From Elusimicrobiota bacterium (lineage in GTDB: Bacteria; Elusimicrobiota; Elusimicrobia; Elusimicrobiales; UBA9959): a DNA stretch of 30,212 nt. Shown in pieces: positions 7,974-16,685 of the stretch. Below the pieces are notes generated by a model, which searched no databases, was not told the origin of the DNA, and worked only from the letters and a program-made list of their open reading frames with translations. Location of the stretch: contig JBAXKK010000023.1 of assembly GCA_037137395.1 (NCBI GenBank), positions 1-30,212 of the forward strand. Direction: 5' to 3'. The translations under genes were made by a program, and so were the position numbers. The first letter of the stretch is position 1. Each line of letters begins with the position of its first letter.

Positions 7974-9374
7974 ATGGATTTTTATAACGACATAGATGTG
8001 TTCAACGCCTCGACAGCGATCATCTCGGAAAATTCTGAACACTTTACCTATGCCGAATTACTAGCGGCGTCCGATGCTTTAAAAGATCATATCCCCGGAA
8101 GATGTCTTGTGTTCAGCGTGTGTGAGAACAGTATTGAATCGGTTGTCGGGTACATCGGATTTTTACGTGGCCGTATCGTGCCGATCCTGCTTCATAATGG
8201 CATCAATCGGGAGGCGTTTGATAACCTTTTGCGCACATATAAGCCCGCGTGCATCTGGCTGCCGCGCGAAAAAGCAAAGGCCGCTAATTGGGGCCAGGAA
8301 GTATATCGCTATGGCAATTATGTGCTTCTAAAAACGGCTCATGTTATTGACTATACAATTCACGATGATCTTGCGCTGCTGCTGAGTACATCCGGAAGTA
8401 CGGGGAGCCCTAAGTCGGTTCGGCAATCTTATAAGAACATCGATAGTAACGCCAATGCTATCGCGCAATACCTGGGAATAACTCAAACGGACAGGCCCAT
8501 AACCACATTGCCTATGAGTTATACCTACGCCTTGTCCATTATTAATAGTCATTTTCTTAAGGGTTGCGCCATCATTCTGACCAGTAAGACCTTGATGGAT
8601 AAGTCTTTTTGGGGACTTCTGAAGACAAAAGAAGCTACTACATTCGGCGGAGTGCCGTATGTCTATGAAATGCTTAAAAAACTGCGTTTTTCAAGAATGG
8701 AACTTCCCAGCCTGAAGGTTCTAACACAGGCGGGAGGAAAAATGGCTGCCGAGCTCGCGAGAGAATTCGCAACCATATGTGAGCAGAAAAGTATCCGCTT
8801 TTTAGTTATGTATGGTCAGACGGAAGCGACCGCCCGTATGTCCTATCTGCCGGCCGAACACGCAATTCACAAGGCCGGTAGTATGGGTATAGCCATTCCC
8901 GGAGGGGAGTTCTGGCTTGAAGATGACGGCGGAAACGTTATTGCCGGGAGTGATACTGTGGGAGAACTCGTATACAAAGGGGATAACGTGAGCATGGGAT
9001 ATGCTGAAAGTTGCAGGGATCTTTGCAAAGGTGATGAGAATGGCGGCGTGCTGAAAACGGGTGACATGGCAAAACGTGATGCCGATGGCTTCTATTATGT
9101 TGTCGGGCGAAAAAAGAGATTTCTCAAACTTTTCGGCAACAGGGTTAACCTTGATGAAGTTGAACATCTCATTAACGGAGCAGGTTATACATGTGCCTGT
9201 GCCGGAGCAGATGACCATTTGCGGATATACACGAGCGATAAGGAAGATCATGCCGCAATCAAAAATCTTGTGGCTGAGCGCACGGGAATACATCCGTCGG
9301 CTTTTGAAGTAATCTGCATAGAGAGCCTCCCGCGCAACGAAGCGGGTAAGGTCCTTTATTCTGCGCTGAAATGA
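7974..9374 (+). CDS. AMP-dependent acyl ligase (ANL superfamily)
   Basis: STSGSTGSPK, YGQTE, TGD, GRKKRFLK and PRNEAGK motifs. Confidence 0.9.
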   Translation: MDFYNDIDVFNASTAIISENSEHFTYAELLAASDALKDHIPGRCLVFSVCENSIESVVGYIGFLRGRIVPILLHNGINREAFDNLLRTYKPACIWLPREKAKAANWGQEVYRYGNYVLLKTAHVIDYTIHDDLALLLSTSGSTGSPKSVRQSYKNIDSNANAIAQYLGITQTDRPITTLPMSYTYALSIINSHFLKGCAIILTSKTLMDKSFWGLLKTKEATTFGGVPYVYEMLKKLRFSRMELPSLKVLTQAGGKMAAELAREFATICEQKSIRFLVMYGQTEATARMSYLPAEHAIHKAGSMGIAIPGGEFWLEDDGGNVIAGSDTVGELVYKGDNVSMGYAESCRDLCKGDENGGVLKTGDMAKRDADGFYYVVGRKKRFLKLFGNRVNLDEVEHLINGAGYTCACAGADDHLRIYTSDKEDHAAIKNLVAERTGIHPSAFEVICIESLPRNEAGKVLYSALK

Positions 9375-9429
9375 TGCTTATAAGTGCCGACAAGGGGTAT
9401 GCGTTGATCGGAAGGCGGGCTAATCTTTT

Positions 9430-10506
9430 ATGTTAACTGAAGTCATGGATATTCAGCCTTTTTCACTTGAACATAAGGACAAGGCTGACTTATATCTTAG
9501 GGCATTTTCTCATTTAACAAAACACCATTATGGGGGATGCCTTCAATATAAACGCCTTCTTGACGTGTTGGGTTTTGTGCCAGGGCATGTTAAAAGCGTG
9601 GAGGATATCCCGTTCGTCCCGGTGCGGTTGTTTAAGGAATATGACTTGCTTAGTGTTGACCGCTCGCAGGTCGTCAAAACGATGACTTCCTCAGGTACTA
9701 CTGGGCAGAGCGTTTCAAAGATCTTCTTGGACAGGGGCACAGCAGCTGATCAAACAAAAGTCTTAACTAAAGTGGTCTCCTCTTTTATAGGCAAGAAAAG
9801 ACTGCCAATGTTGGTAATCGATTCAAAAGCGGTAGTCAAAGACAGGAATCTCTTCTCTGCCAGAGGCGCAGGTATTCTCGGGTTTTCCATATTCGGTTAT
9901 GATGTAGCGTATGCGCTTGATGATGAAATGCAAATAGATATCCCGCTAATACAAGCCTTTATAGAGAAACATAAGGATGAACAAATTCTGCTTTTTGGTT
10001 TTACTTCTATTATCTGGGAGCATTTTTATACTGCACTGAAGACTGCCGGGGTCAGCCTGCCACTACATAACGGGATAATGATCCATGGCGGCGGCTGGAA
10101 AAAAATGATCAAGCAGTCAGTGGACAATGATATTTTTAAACAGTCAGTCAGCGATGTTTGCGGTGTCGCAAGGATATACAATTACTATGGGATGGTAGAA
10201 CAAACTGGTTCTATATTTATGGAATGTGAAGCCGGTCATCTTCACGCATCTATCTTTTCCGATGTGCTGATTCGGGACCATAGGGATTTCTCTTCCCTTT
10301 CCGTGGGACGGGAAGGGCTTGTGCAGCTTCTTTCGTTGTTGCCCTTAAGCTATCCGGGGCATTCCATCCTGTCAGAGGATGTGGGTGTGATTCTGGGCGA
10401 GGATGATTGCTCCTGCGGACGAAAGGGGAAGTATTTTATGATCCACGGGCGCATCAAGAATGCCGAAGTGAGGGGATGCAGCGATACTTATGCTACTAGC
10501 CTCTAA
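9430..10506 (+). CDS. luxE: LuxE-like acyl-protein synthetase
   Basis: IPFVPVRLFK, TSSGTTG, HGGGWKK, YYGMVEQ, SYPGHS and C-terminal RGCS motifs. Homolog only; no luciferase in the window. Confidence 0.85.
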   Translation: MLTEVMDIQPFSLEHKDKADLYLRAFSHLTKHHYGGCLQYKRLLDVLGFVPGHVKSVEDIPFVPVRLFKEYDLLSVDRSQVVKTMTSSGTTGQSVSKIFLDRGTAADQTKVLTKVVSSFIGKKRLPMLVIDSKAVVKDRNLFSARGAGILGFSIFGYDVAYALDDEMQIDIPLIQAFIEKHKDEQILLFGFTSIIWEHFYTALKTAGVSLPLHNGIMIHGGGWKKMIKQSVDNDIFKQSVSDVCGVARIYNYYGMVEQTGSIFMECEAGHLHASIFSDVLIRDHRDFSSLSVGREGLVQLLSLLPLSYPGHSILSEDVGVILGEDDCSCGRKGKYFMIHGRIKNAEVRGCSDTYATSL

Positions 10507-11698
10507 TAAAAGAATTGCTTATCTGGTCGGGAAAAGCGATAGGGGAATCAATGTACAACCACTTGTCCCCTACGATGAACTTGTCTGCGAGTTCCTGAAC
10601 AGTCTATCGTCAACTCTGCTATCCGATAAAGCGGCGAAGCTCTATTCCGACGTGATGGCATTCGCCTATTGGTGCCGGAAAGCGAATATCGCCAAGCTAA
10701 AACATGAGTTCGCGGAAGCGCATATCCGATTGGGTCTGGGAATGGTATTTCATATCGCACCTTCGAATGTCCCGATTAATTTCGCTTTTTCCTATGTGTT
10801 TTCTCTTCTGGCAGGAAACGCCAATGTTGTAAGGGTGCCAGTCAGGGACTTTCCACAGACAGGTATCGTGTGTGGGGCTATTAATCGACTGTTGGCAAAT
10901 ATTAAATATAAAAATATCGCCGATATGACGGTTTTTGTGAGATATCAGCAGGATGACGAGATAACGGGCATTTTCTCGAAAAAATGCAATGCCCGCATCA
11001 TTTGGGGGGGAGATCAGGCAATTATTAACATCAGAAAACTGCCAATTCCTGAAAGAAGCATGGAGATCGCTTTTGCGGACCGGTACTCATTCTGTGCAAT
11101 CGATGCGGACAGCGTTTTACGGGTGGACAACACAACTTTGAACCGGCTTGCCGGCTCTTTCTATAGCGACACTTATCTGATGGATCAAAATGCCTGCTCA
11201 TCTCCGCACCTGGTCGTATGGCTGGGGGAAGGCGCTGTTGTAAAAGAAGCTAAAGAAAAGTTTTGGAATAGCGTATATGGTGTAACTGCAGCTAAATATG
11301 AATTACAGCCGGTAAATGCTGTGGATAAATATGTGTTGCTTTGCGAAAACGCTATTAAGCTTAGCGGTATAACCAATTTTAAAAAGTATGGCAATTACCT
11401 GTACCGGGTAGAGCTGGATAGTCTGCCTGCTAATATGGATGCTTTTCGCGGCCAATATGGCTTCTTTTACGAGTATCACGCGCAAAATCTGAATGGTATA
11501 GCGCATATCATCAACACAAAGTATCAGACTCTGACTTATTTCGGTTTAGAAAAAGCTCAACTCCTCGACTTTGTGGTTAAGAACCGTTTGTCCGGTATAG
11601 ACCGTATAGTGCCAATCGGTTCGGCATTGGATATCGGGGTTATATGGGACGGATATGATATTGTAAGAAGTTTATCGAGGATTATTGATTTTAAATAG
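10490..11698 (+). CDS. luxC: LuxC-like acyl-CoA/acyl-protein reductase
   Basis: FHIAPSNVP, WGGD, DQNACSSP (catalytic Cys) and DRIVPIG...WDG motifs; overlaps the luxE-like gene. Confidence 0.85.
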   Translation: MLLASNKRIAYLVGKSDRGINVQPLVPYDELVCEFLNSLSSTLLSDKAAKLYSDVMAFAYWCRKANIAKLKHEFAEAHIRLGLGMVFHIAPSNVPINFAFSYVFSLLAGNANVVRVPVRDFPQTGIVCGAINRLLANIKYKNIADMTVFVRYQQDDEITGIFSKKCNARIIWGGDQAIINIRKLPIPERSMEIAFADRYSFCAIDADSVLRVDNTTLNRLAGSFYSDTYLMDQNACSSPHLVVWLGEGAVVKEAKEKFWNSVYGVTAAKYELQPVNAVDKYVLLCENAIKLSGITNFKKYGNYLYRVELDSLPANMDAFRGQYGFFYEYHAQNLNGIAHIINTKYQTLTYFGLEKAQLLDFVVKNRLSGIDRIVPIGSALDIGVIWDGYDIVRSLSRIIDFK

Positions 11699-11796
11699 GA
11701 AGGATGTTTTTATTCGGGGGAATTGTGGAGAGAAGTCCCAATGTCTGGCGTAAAAGTATTTATGAGTATCAGCTTTACGAATAGGGAGATCTAGTT

Positions 11797-12267
11797 ATGG
11801 AAGAAGAAATCGTTAAAAATCTGGATGCCTATGCTATTCAACAATATCAACAGAATCGCTATCCATGCTTGTTCATTGATTATATCGAAGAAGCTATTCC
11901 GGGAAAGAGCGCAAAAGGATACAAAAACTTTTCATTCAATGAATGGTTCTTCCCGGCTCATTTCCCTGACGAGCCCAATGTTCCCGGCTTTATTCAGATC
12001 GAGGCGCTTACGCAGCTTTTCCTTATGACTTTTTTAACATTGCCCGGGAATAAGGGCAAGAAGACAGGGTTTGTTTCTATTGAAAATGCGCGGTTCAAAA
12101 AGAAAATCATTCCCGGCGACAGGCTGGATATTAAAGCAGAATTGAAGTCATATAGCCGCGGGTTGGCCAGGGGTACTTCTGTCGGGTATATTAAAGGAGA
12201 GGTCGCCTGTAGCGTTGAGTTAGTGATTGCCATACCGGATATACTTAATAAGTTTAAACCGGTGTGA
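11797..12267 (+). CDS. fabZ: 3-hydroxyacyl-ACP dehydratase, FabZ-like hotdog fold
   Basis: NRYP.LFID, HFPDEPNVPG...EALTQ and FKKKIIPGD motifs. Confidence 0.85.
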   Translation: MEEEIVKNLDAYAIQQYQQNRYPCLFIDYIEEAIPGKSAKGYKNFSFNEWFFPAHFPDEPNVPGFIQIEALTQLFLMTFLTLPGNKGKKTGFVSIENARFKKKIIPGDRLDIKAELKSYSRGLARGTSVGYIKGEVACSVELVIAIPDILNKFKPV

Positions 12268-12310
12268 TGAGTCAAGTATTGTGAGAAGTCCCGGCTAAAG
12301 AGACGATATC

Positions 12311-14092
12311 ATGATTAGAGTTGCGGATTACATTATAGAAAGACTATATGATGAAGGTGCGAAGCATATCTTTATGGTTACAGGACGCGGCATATTGTTT
12401 TTATCTGATGCTGTTGCGCGGCATAAAGAAATTAAAGGGATTTCGGTGCATCATGAGCAGGCGGGGGCATTTGCGGCTACTGCATATGCTCAATGTACGG
12501 ATAAGATCGGCGCTTGTCTGGTCTCTACCGGATGTGCCGGAACCAATGCGATCACAGGATTGCTTTGCGCATGGCAAGACGCTATTCCCTGTGTTTTTGT
12601 TTCCGGTCAAAACAAGCTTCAGGAAACGACCCGCTATTCCGGAATACCGCTCCGCACTTTTGGACAGCAGGAAGCGGATATCATTGGTATCGTGGCACCA
12701 TTAACGAAATACGCTATCATGATTACCGATCCCAAACGGATAGCCTATGAACTGGACAAGGCGCTTTATCTGGCGAAGACCGGAAGAAAAGGGCCGGTTT
12801 GGATCGACGTCCCGCTGGATATCCAGAATATGCGGATAGAGCCGGCCGGGTTGGAACGTTTTGAGTCCATGGCTGATCCGGATCCTGCGCCATCTGCGGA
12901 AGATATCGAGTATGTTGTAAAAGTCCTGCAAAATGCGGAACGTCCTGTTTTGCTGCTTGGAAGCGGAGTGCGTTCGGCTGACGCTATTCCCGAGTTGGAA
13001 AAATTCGTTGATAAGTATCGGGTCCCGGTCACTTATGCCGTTTCTGCTCCCGACGTATATGGGGCAAGTAATCCACTTTCAGTGGGAACGGTTGGAAGTA
13101 TAGGCGGAACACGCGCTGGCAACTTTGCCGTTCAGAATTCGGATCTTTTATTGGTATTGGGGTGCAGGTTGTCGCCGGTAACCACCGGACCGGATTACGC
13201 GAATTTTGCGCGTGCGGCAAAAGTGGTCGTGGTTGATATTGATCGTGTGGAACACTCCAAGAAAACCGTGAGGATCGATCGTCTGGTTATTTCGGATGTT
13301 AAGAAATTTCTTGTCGCTTTAATGGAGAAAGATATCCGTGGGGCCAGTGAGGAGTGGCGGAATAAATGTCTCCATTGGAAGCAGGTTTTCCCGATGTGCG
13401 AGGATAAATGCAAGCAGACAGAGAAGGTGGATCTTTATTATTTGGCAGAATGTCTTTCTGAAACCTTATCTGATGGGGCTGTTCTGCTCAGCGATGCGGG
13501 TCTTGAGGAACTTATTATTCCTTCGGCTGTCCGCTTCAGAAAAGGCCAGCGATGTGTCCATCCTGTTTCGCAGGGCTCGATGGGCTATGCTCTGCCGGGA
13601 GCTGTCGGCGCATACTTTGCCTGCGGCCGCCAGACAGTAGCTGTGATTGGAGACGGCTCCATTATGATGAATTTGCAGGAACTACAAACGATCAGATATC
13701 ACAATATCCCGATAAAGATCTTTGTCGTTAATAATAACGCTTACGCCGTTATCAGGGAAAGGCAGGTAGAGCTTTTTAGGACGCGGACGATCGGGACAGA
13801 CACGGCTAATGGCGTGGGGTGTCCAAACTTTAAAAAAGTTGCGGAGTGTTTTGAAATTCCATATATCCGAATTGACGATAGCACGGATTTGAAATTAAAA
13901 ATATTATCGGTTATTAATATGAATGGACCGGTGCTGTGTGAAGTAATGGGCGTGGAGAATCAGGATTATATAAGAAGTTCTTATGCCCATAATTCCAAAA
14001 GGCGTGTGGTACAAAGACCGCTTGAAGATCAGGCGCCTTTCATGGAGCGTGAGCTGTTTTTGTCTGAGATGATTATAGAGTCTTTAGACTAA
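12311..14092 (+). CDS. Thiamine-diphosphate-dependent enzyme (acetolactate-synthase-like / YerE-type carboligase)
   Basis: HHEQAG, GPVWIDVPLD, GSMGYALP and GDGS...NN ThDP-binding motifs; no ilvN/ilvH partner. Confidence 0.88.
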   Translation: MIRVADYIIERLYDEGAKHIFMVTGRGILFLSDAVARHKEIKGISVHHEQAGAFAATAYAQCTDKIGACLVSTGCAGTNAITGLLCAWQDAIPCVFVSGQNKLQETTRYSGIPLRTFGQQEADIIGIVAPLTKYAIMITDPKRIAYELDKALYLAKTGRKGPVWIDVPLDIQNMRIEPAGLERFESMADPDPAPSAEDIEYVVKVLQNAERPVLLLGSGVRSADAIPELEKFVDKYRVPVTYAVSAPDVYGASNPLSVGTVGSIGGTRAGNFAVQNSDLLLVLGCRLSPVTTGPDYANFARAAKVVVVDIDRVEHSKKTVRIDRLVISDVKKFLVALMEKDIRGASEEWRNKCLHWKQVFPMCEDKCKQTEKVDLYYLAECLSETLSDGAVLLSDAGLEELIIPSAVRFRKGQRCVHPVSQGSMGYALPGAVGAYFACGRQTVAVIGDGSIMMNLQELQTIRYHNIPIKIFVVNNNAYAVIRERQVELFRTRTIGTDTANGVGCPNFKKVAECFEIPYIRIDDSTDLKLKILSVINMNGPVLCEVMGVENQDYIRSSYAHNSKRRVVQRPLEDQAPFMERELFLSEMIIESLD

Positions 14093-14116
14093 AATAATTA
14101 GGAAAGGACAAGCATT

Positions 14117-15151
14117 ATGGCGAAATGTATATTGCGGGATTCAACGGTGATCGGCGATTTTGGGAAACCATATGTTGTCGCGGAGGTTAATACCAGTCAT
14201 AACGGCGACATGAGGACAGCGAAGGAAATGATTAGCCGGGCAAAAGAGGCGGGCTGCTCTTGTGTGAAATTTCAGTCATGGTCAAAGGAATCTCTGTATT
14301 CCAAAACTTATTATGATGAAAATCCGATCGCGAAACGCATAATACAGAAATTCTCTTTTTCAGAAGCGCAAATAATGGAAGTCGCCCAATACAGCCGAGA
14401 GTGTGGCATCGCGTTCTCGTCCACGCCGTATTCTCCAGCGGAGGTGGATTTTCTCGTTGATAAATGTGCTGTGCCATATATCAAAGTTGCCTCCATGGAT
14501 CTGGTTAACTATCCTTTTTTGGAATATATAGCGGCTCGTGGCGTGCCGATAGTTCTAGCGACCGGGATGGGGGCAATGGAAGAGATTCGCATGGCAGTGG
14601 CGACCATTGAGGCTGCCGGCAATCATAATATATGTCTCTTGCATTGTATTTCTATTTATCCACCGGAAATATCAACGATACGCTTGAACAATATATTAGG
14701 TCTTCGCAAGGAATTCCCAGATTATCCGGTCGGTTTCTCAGATCATTCTATCGGAACGGAAATGGCTGCCGCAGCCGTTGCGCTGGGCGCCGCCATGATT
14801 GAAAAGCACTTTACGCTTGACCATACAAAAATTGGAATGGATAATCAGATGGCAACAGAACCAGCGGAACTAGCGCAACTGGTCCAAAATTGTCAAAATG
14901 TTAATATTGCGCTTGGAAATACTGAGAGGATTGTCTTGCCGGCTGAGATAGAGCAACGCAAGAAAATGCGGAGAAGTGTTATTGCAGTCAGGGATTTGTC
15001 GGCTGGAACAATGCTGACAAAAGTTGATTTAAGCGCTAAAAGGCCCGGCACTGGTCTTCCTCCCGAAAAAATCAATGAATTGGTCGGCAAAGTCCTTATT
15101 CGGGATGTTAAAGCAGACACCCTGATTTCTGATACGGATTTTTCTAAATAG
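14117..15151 (+). CDS. neuB: NeuB-family PEP-dependent nonulosonate-synthase-like protein with C-terminal SAF/AFP domain
   Basis: VAEVNTSHNGD, KFQ, IKVASMD, LHCISIYP, GFSDHS, IEKHFTLD and KRPGTGL motifs. Confidence 0.88.
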   Translation: MAKCILRDSTVIGDFGKPYVVAEVNTSHNGDMRTAKEMISRAKEAGCSCVKFQSWSKESLYSKTYYDENPIAKRIIQKFSFSEAQIMEVAQYSRECGIAFSSTPYSPAEVDFLVDKCAVPYIKVASMDLVNYPFLEYIAARGVPIVLATGMGAMEEIRMAVATIEAAGNHNICLLHCISIYPPEISTIRLNNILGLRKEFPDYPVGFSDHSIGTEMAAAAVALGAAMIEKHFTLDHTKIGMDNQMATEPAELAQLVQNCQNVNIALGNTERIVLPAEIEQRKKMRRSVIAVRDLSAGTMLTKVDLSAKRPGTGLPPEKINELVGKVLIRDVKADTLISDTDFSK

Positions 15152-15184
15152 TATATGTTTGCTTAAAAGTGTGGTGAGTAGTTA

Positions 15185-15832
15185 ATGAATAAACAACAGC
15201 AAAAAGAATATCTGGTAAGAATCATCGAAGGGGCGGAGTCGTTAGTTATCCCAATCCACGACGATAATGGAGCCGATATCGGGACTCTGCGTCCCATTAC
15301 TAAAATGCATCTCCAATCCAATGACGTCATTGAGAAAATGACCAATTGGAGAAACCAATATAAGGTTTTTTTTCTAAGCCAGTTCACCGCCACACCGGCA
15401 AGAACGAAGCAATGGTTGGAAAAGGTGGTTCTATCAAATCCGTCCCAGTTGCTGTTTTTGATTTATTGCGGTGCAACATTGACCGGACAATATGGCTTTA
15501 AAGATTTAGATGGTGATTCAGCATTTTTAGACAATCTGTTACGGGGAGAGCGCGGCGGTCACCCCATGCTGATGAAATATGCAGTATCGGCGTTGGCTAA
15601 ATGGTTGTTTGATGCTATGCAGGTAAACATGGTCTATGGCTATACCTTCGCGAACAATGCCATGGCGCTCAAACTGAACAGAGATGTGGGGTTTTCTTGC
15701 ACAGAAAAATTCCCCTTGCAGAAGCAAATCGTGGGTAATGAAGTTAAATGGGTTATTGGCAAAGCCGGAGAGCCAAGCCCCGATAATCACTACTATCAAA
15801 AAATCGTCATGACGCGTAACTCGAAGATGTAA
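15185..15832 (+). CDS. GNAT-family N-acyltransferase (PseH/RimJ-like)
   Basis: WRN..., T...W and N..ALKL...VGF patterns of RimJ/PseH-type GNATs; gene context. Confidence 0.6.
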   Translation: MNKQQQKEYLVRIIEGAESLVIPIHDDNGADIGTLRPITKMHLQSNDVIEKMTNWRNQYKVFFLSQFTATPARTKQWLEKVVLSNPSQLLFLIYCGATLTGQYGFKDLDGDSAFLDNLLRGERGGHPMLMKYAVSALAKWLFDAMQVNMVYGYTFANNAMALKLNRDVGFSCTEKFPLQKQIVGNEVKWVIGKAGEPSPDNHYYQKIVMTRNSKM

Positions 15833-15874
15833 CCATTGGGTTCGTCAGTGTGACTATTATTTAGGGAGGTATGT

Positions 15875-16654
15875 ATGGATAAAACTATCGAATTCGAAAA
15901 TGAAGTGCGGGGAAATATAGTAGATTTGGCTGCGGATAAACAGTTGATTAAACAGTCCTGGGACTGGAACATCGCATCAGCTCGCCATCATTACACGTAT
16001 AACTTTCGTTATCTCGGGCGCCCCATAATCCAGTTCCCCCAAGACACCATGGCCATGCAGGAGATTATTTGGTCAGTAAAACCTGACCTGATAATTGAAA
16101 CCGGTATCGCCCATGGAGGCTCGCTGATGTTAAGCGCGGCCATGCTGGCGTTATTAGACTACTGCGACGCGGCAGAGTCGGGCAAGACGTTGGACCCCAA
16201 AGCCAGTCGGCGCCGGGTGTTGGGACTGGATATCGACATCCGCGCCCATAACCGTGCCGCCATCGAGGCGCATCCTATGGCGCATAAGATCGACATGGTG
16301 CAGGGCTCCAGCACCGCCCCTGACATAATTGCCCAGGTATACAAATACGCCCAAAGATACAAGAACATACTCGTTTGCCTAGATTCGAATCATACACATG
16401 AACATGTGCTTGCCGAACTGAAGGCATACGCCCCTCTGGTTTCGGTCGGCAGTTATTGCGTCGTGTTTGATACCAGCGTCGAATATGCGCCGGAGGGCAT
16501 GTTCCCCGACCGCCCCTGGGGCAAAGGCAACAATCCCCTGACCGCCGTTCGTGAATACCTAACAACGCACCCCGAATTTGAGATCGATAAGAGCATTCAG
16601 CACAAACTCCTCATCACCGTCGCTCCGGATGGATATCTGAAGAAGGTTAGATAG
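15875..16654 (+). CDS. CmcI ('cephalosporin hydroxylase') family, methyltransferase-like
   Basis: GRPIIQFPQD, IETGIAHGGS, LDSNHTHEHVLAEL and DRPWGKGNNP motifs; AGGGAGG SD. Confidence 0.88.
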   Translation: MDKTIEFENEVRGNIVDLAADKQLIKQSWDWNIASARHHYTYNFRYLGRPIIQFPQDTMAMQEIIWSVKPDLIIETGIAHGGSLMLSAAMLALLDYCDAAESGKTLDPKASRRRVLGLDIDIRAHNRAAIEAHPMAHKIDMVQGSSTAPDIIAQVYKYAQRYKNILVCLDSNHTHEHVLAELKAYAPLVSVGSYCVVFDTSVEYAPEGMFPDRPWGKGNNPLTAVREYLTTHPEFEIDKSIQHKLLITVAPDGYLKKVR

Positions 16655-16685
16655 ACATGCTTCTTGTGGCAGGAAGTTTCTTTAC

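Noticed and set aside
9430..11698. Bioluminescence (lux) operon
   Set aside because: No luxA, luxB or luxD in the window; LuxC/LuxE homologs are known from glycan loci.
12311..14092. Housekeeping acetolactate synthase (ilvB)
   Set aside because: No regulatory subunit or ilvC nearby, and the gene is embedded in a glycan operon.
15875..16654. Cephalosporin or other antibiotic biosynthesis cluster
   Set aside because: CmcI-family genes are common in polysaccharide loci; there is no NRPS/PKS or beta-lactam gene, while wzx, wzy and GTs are present.
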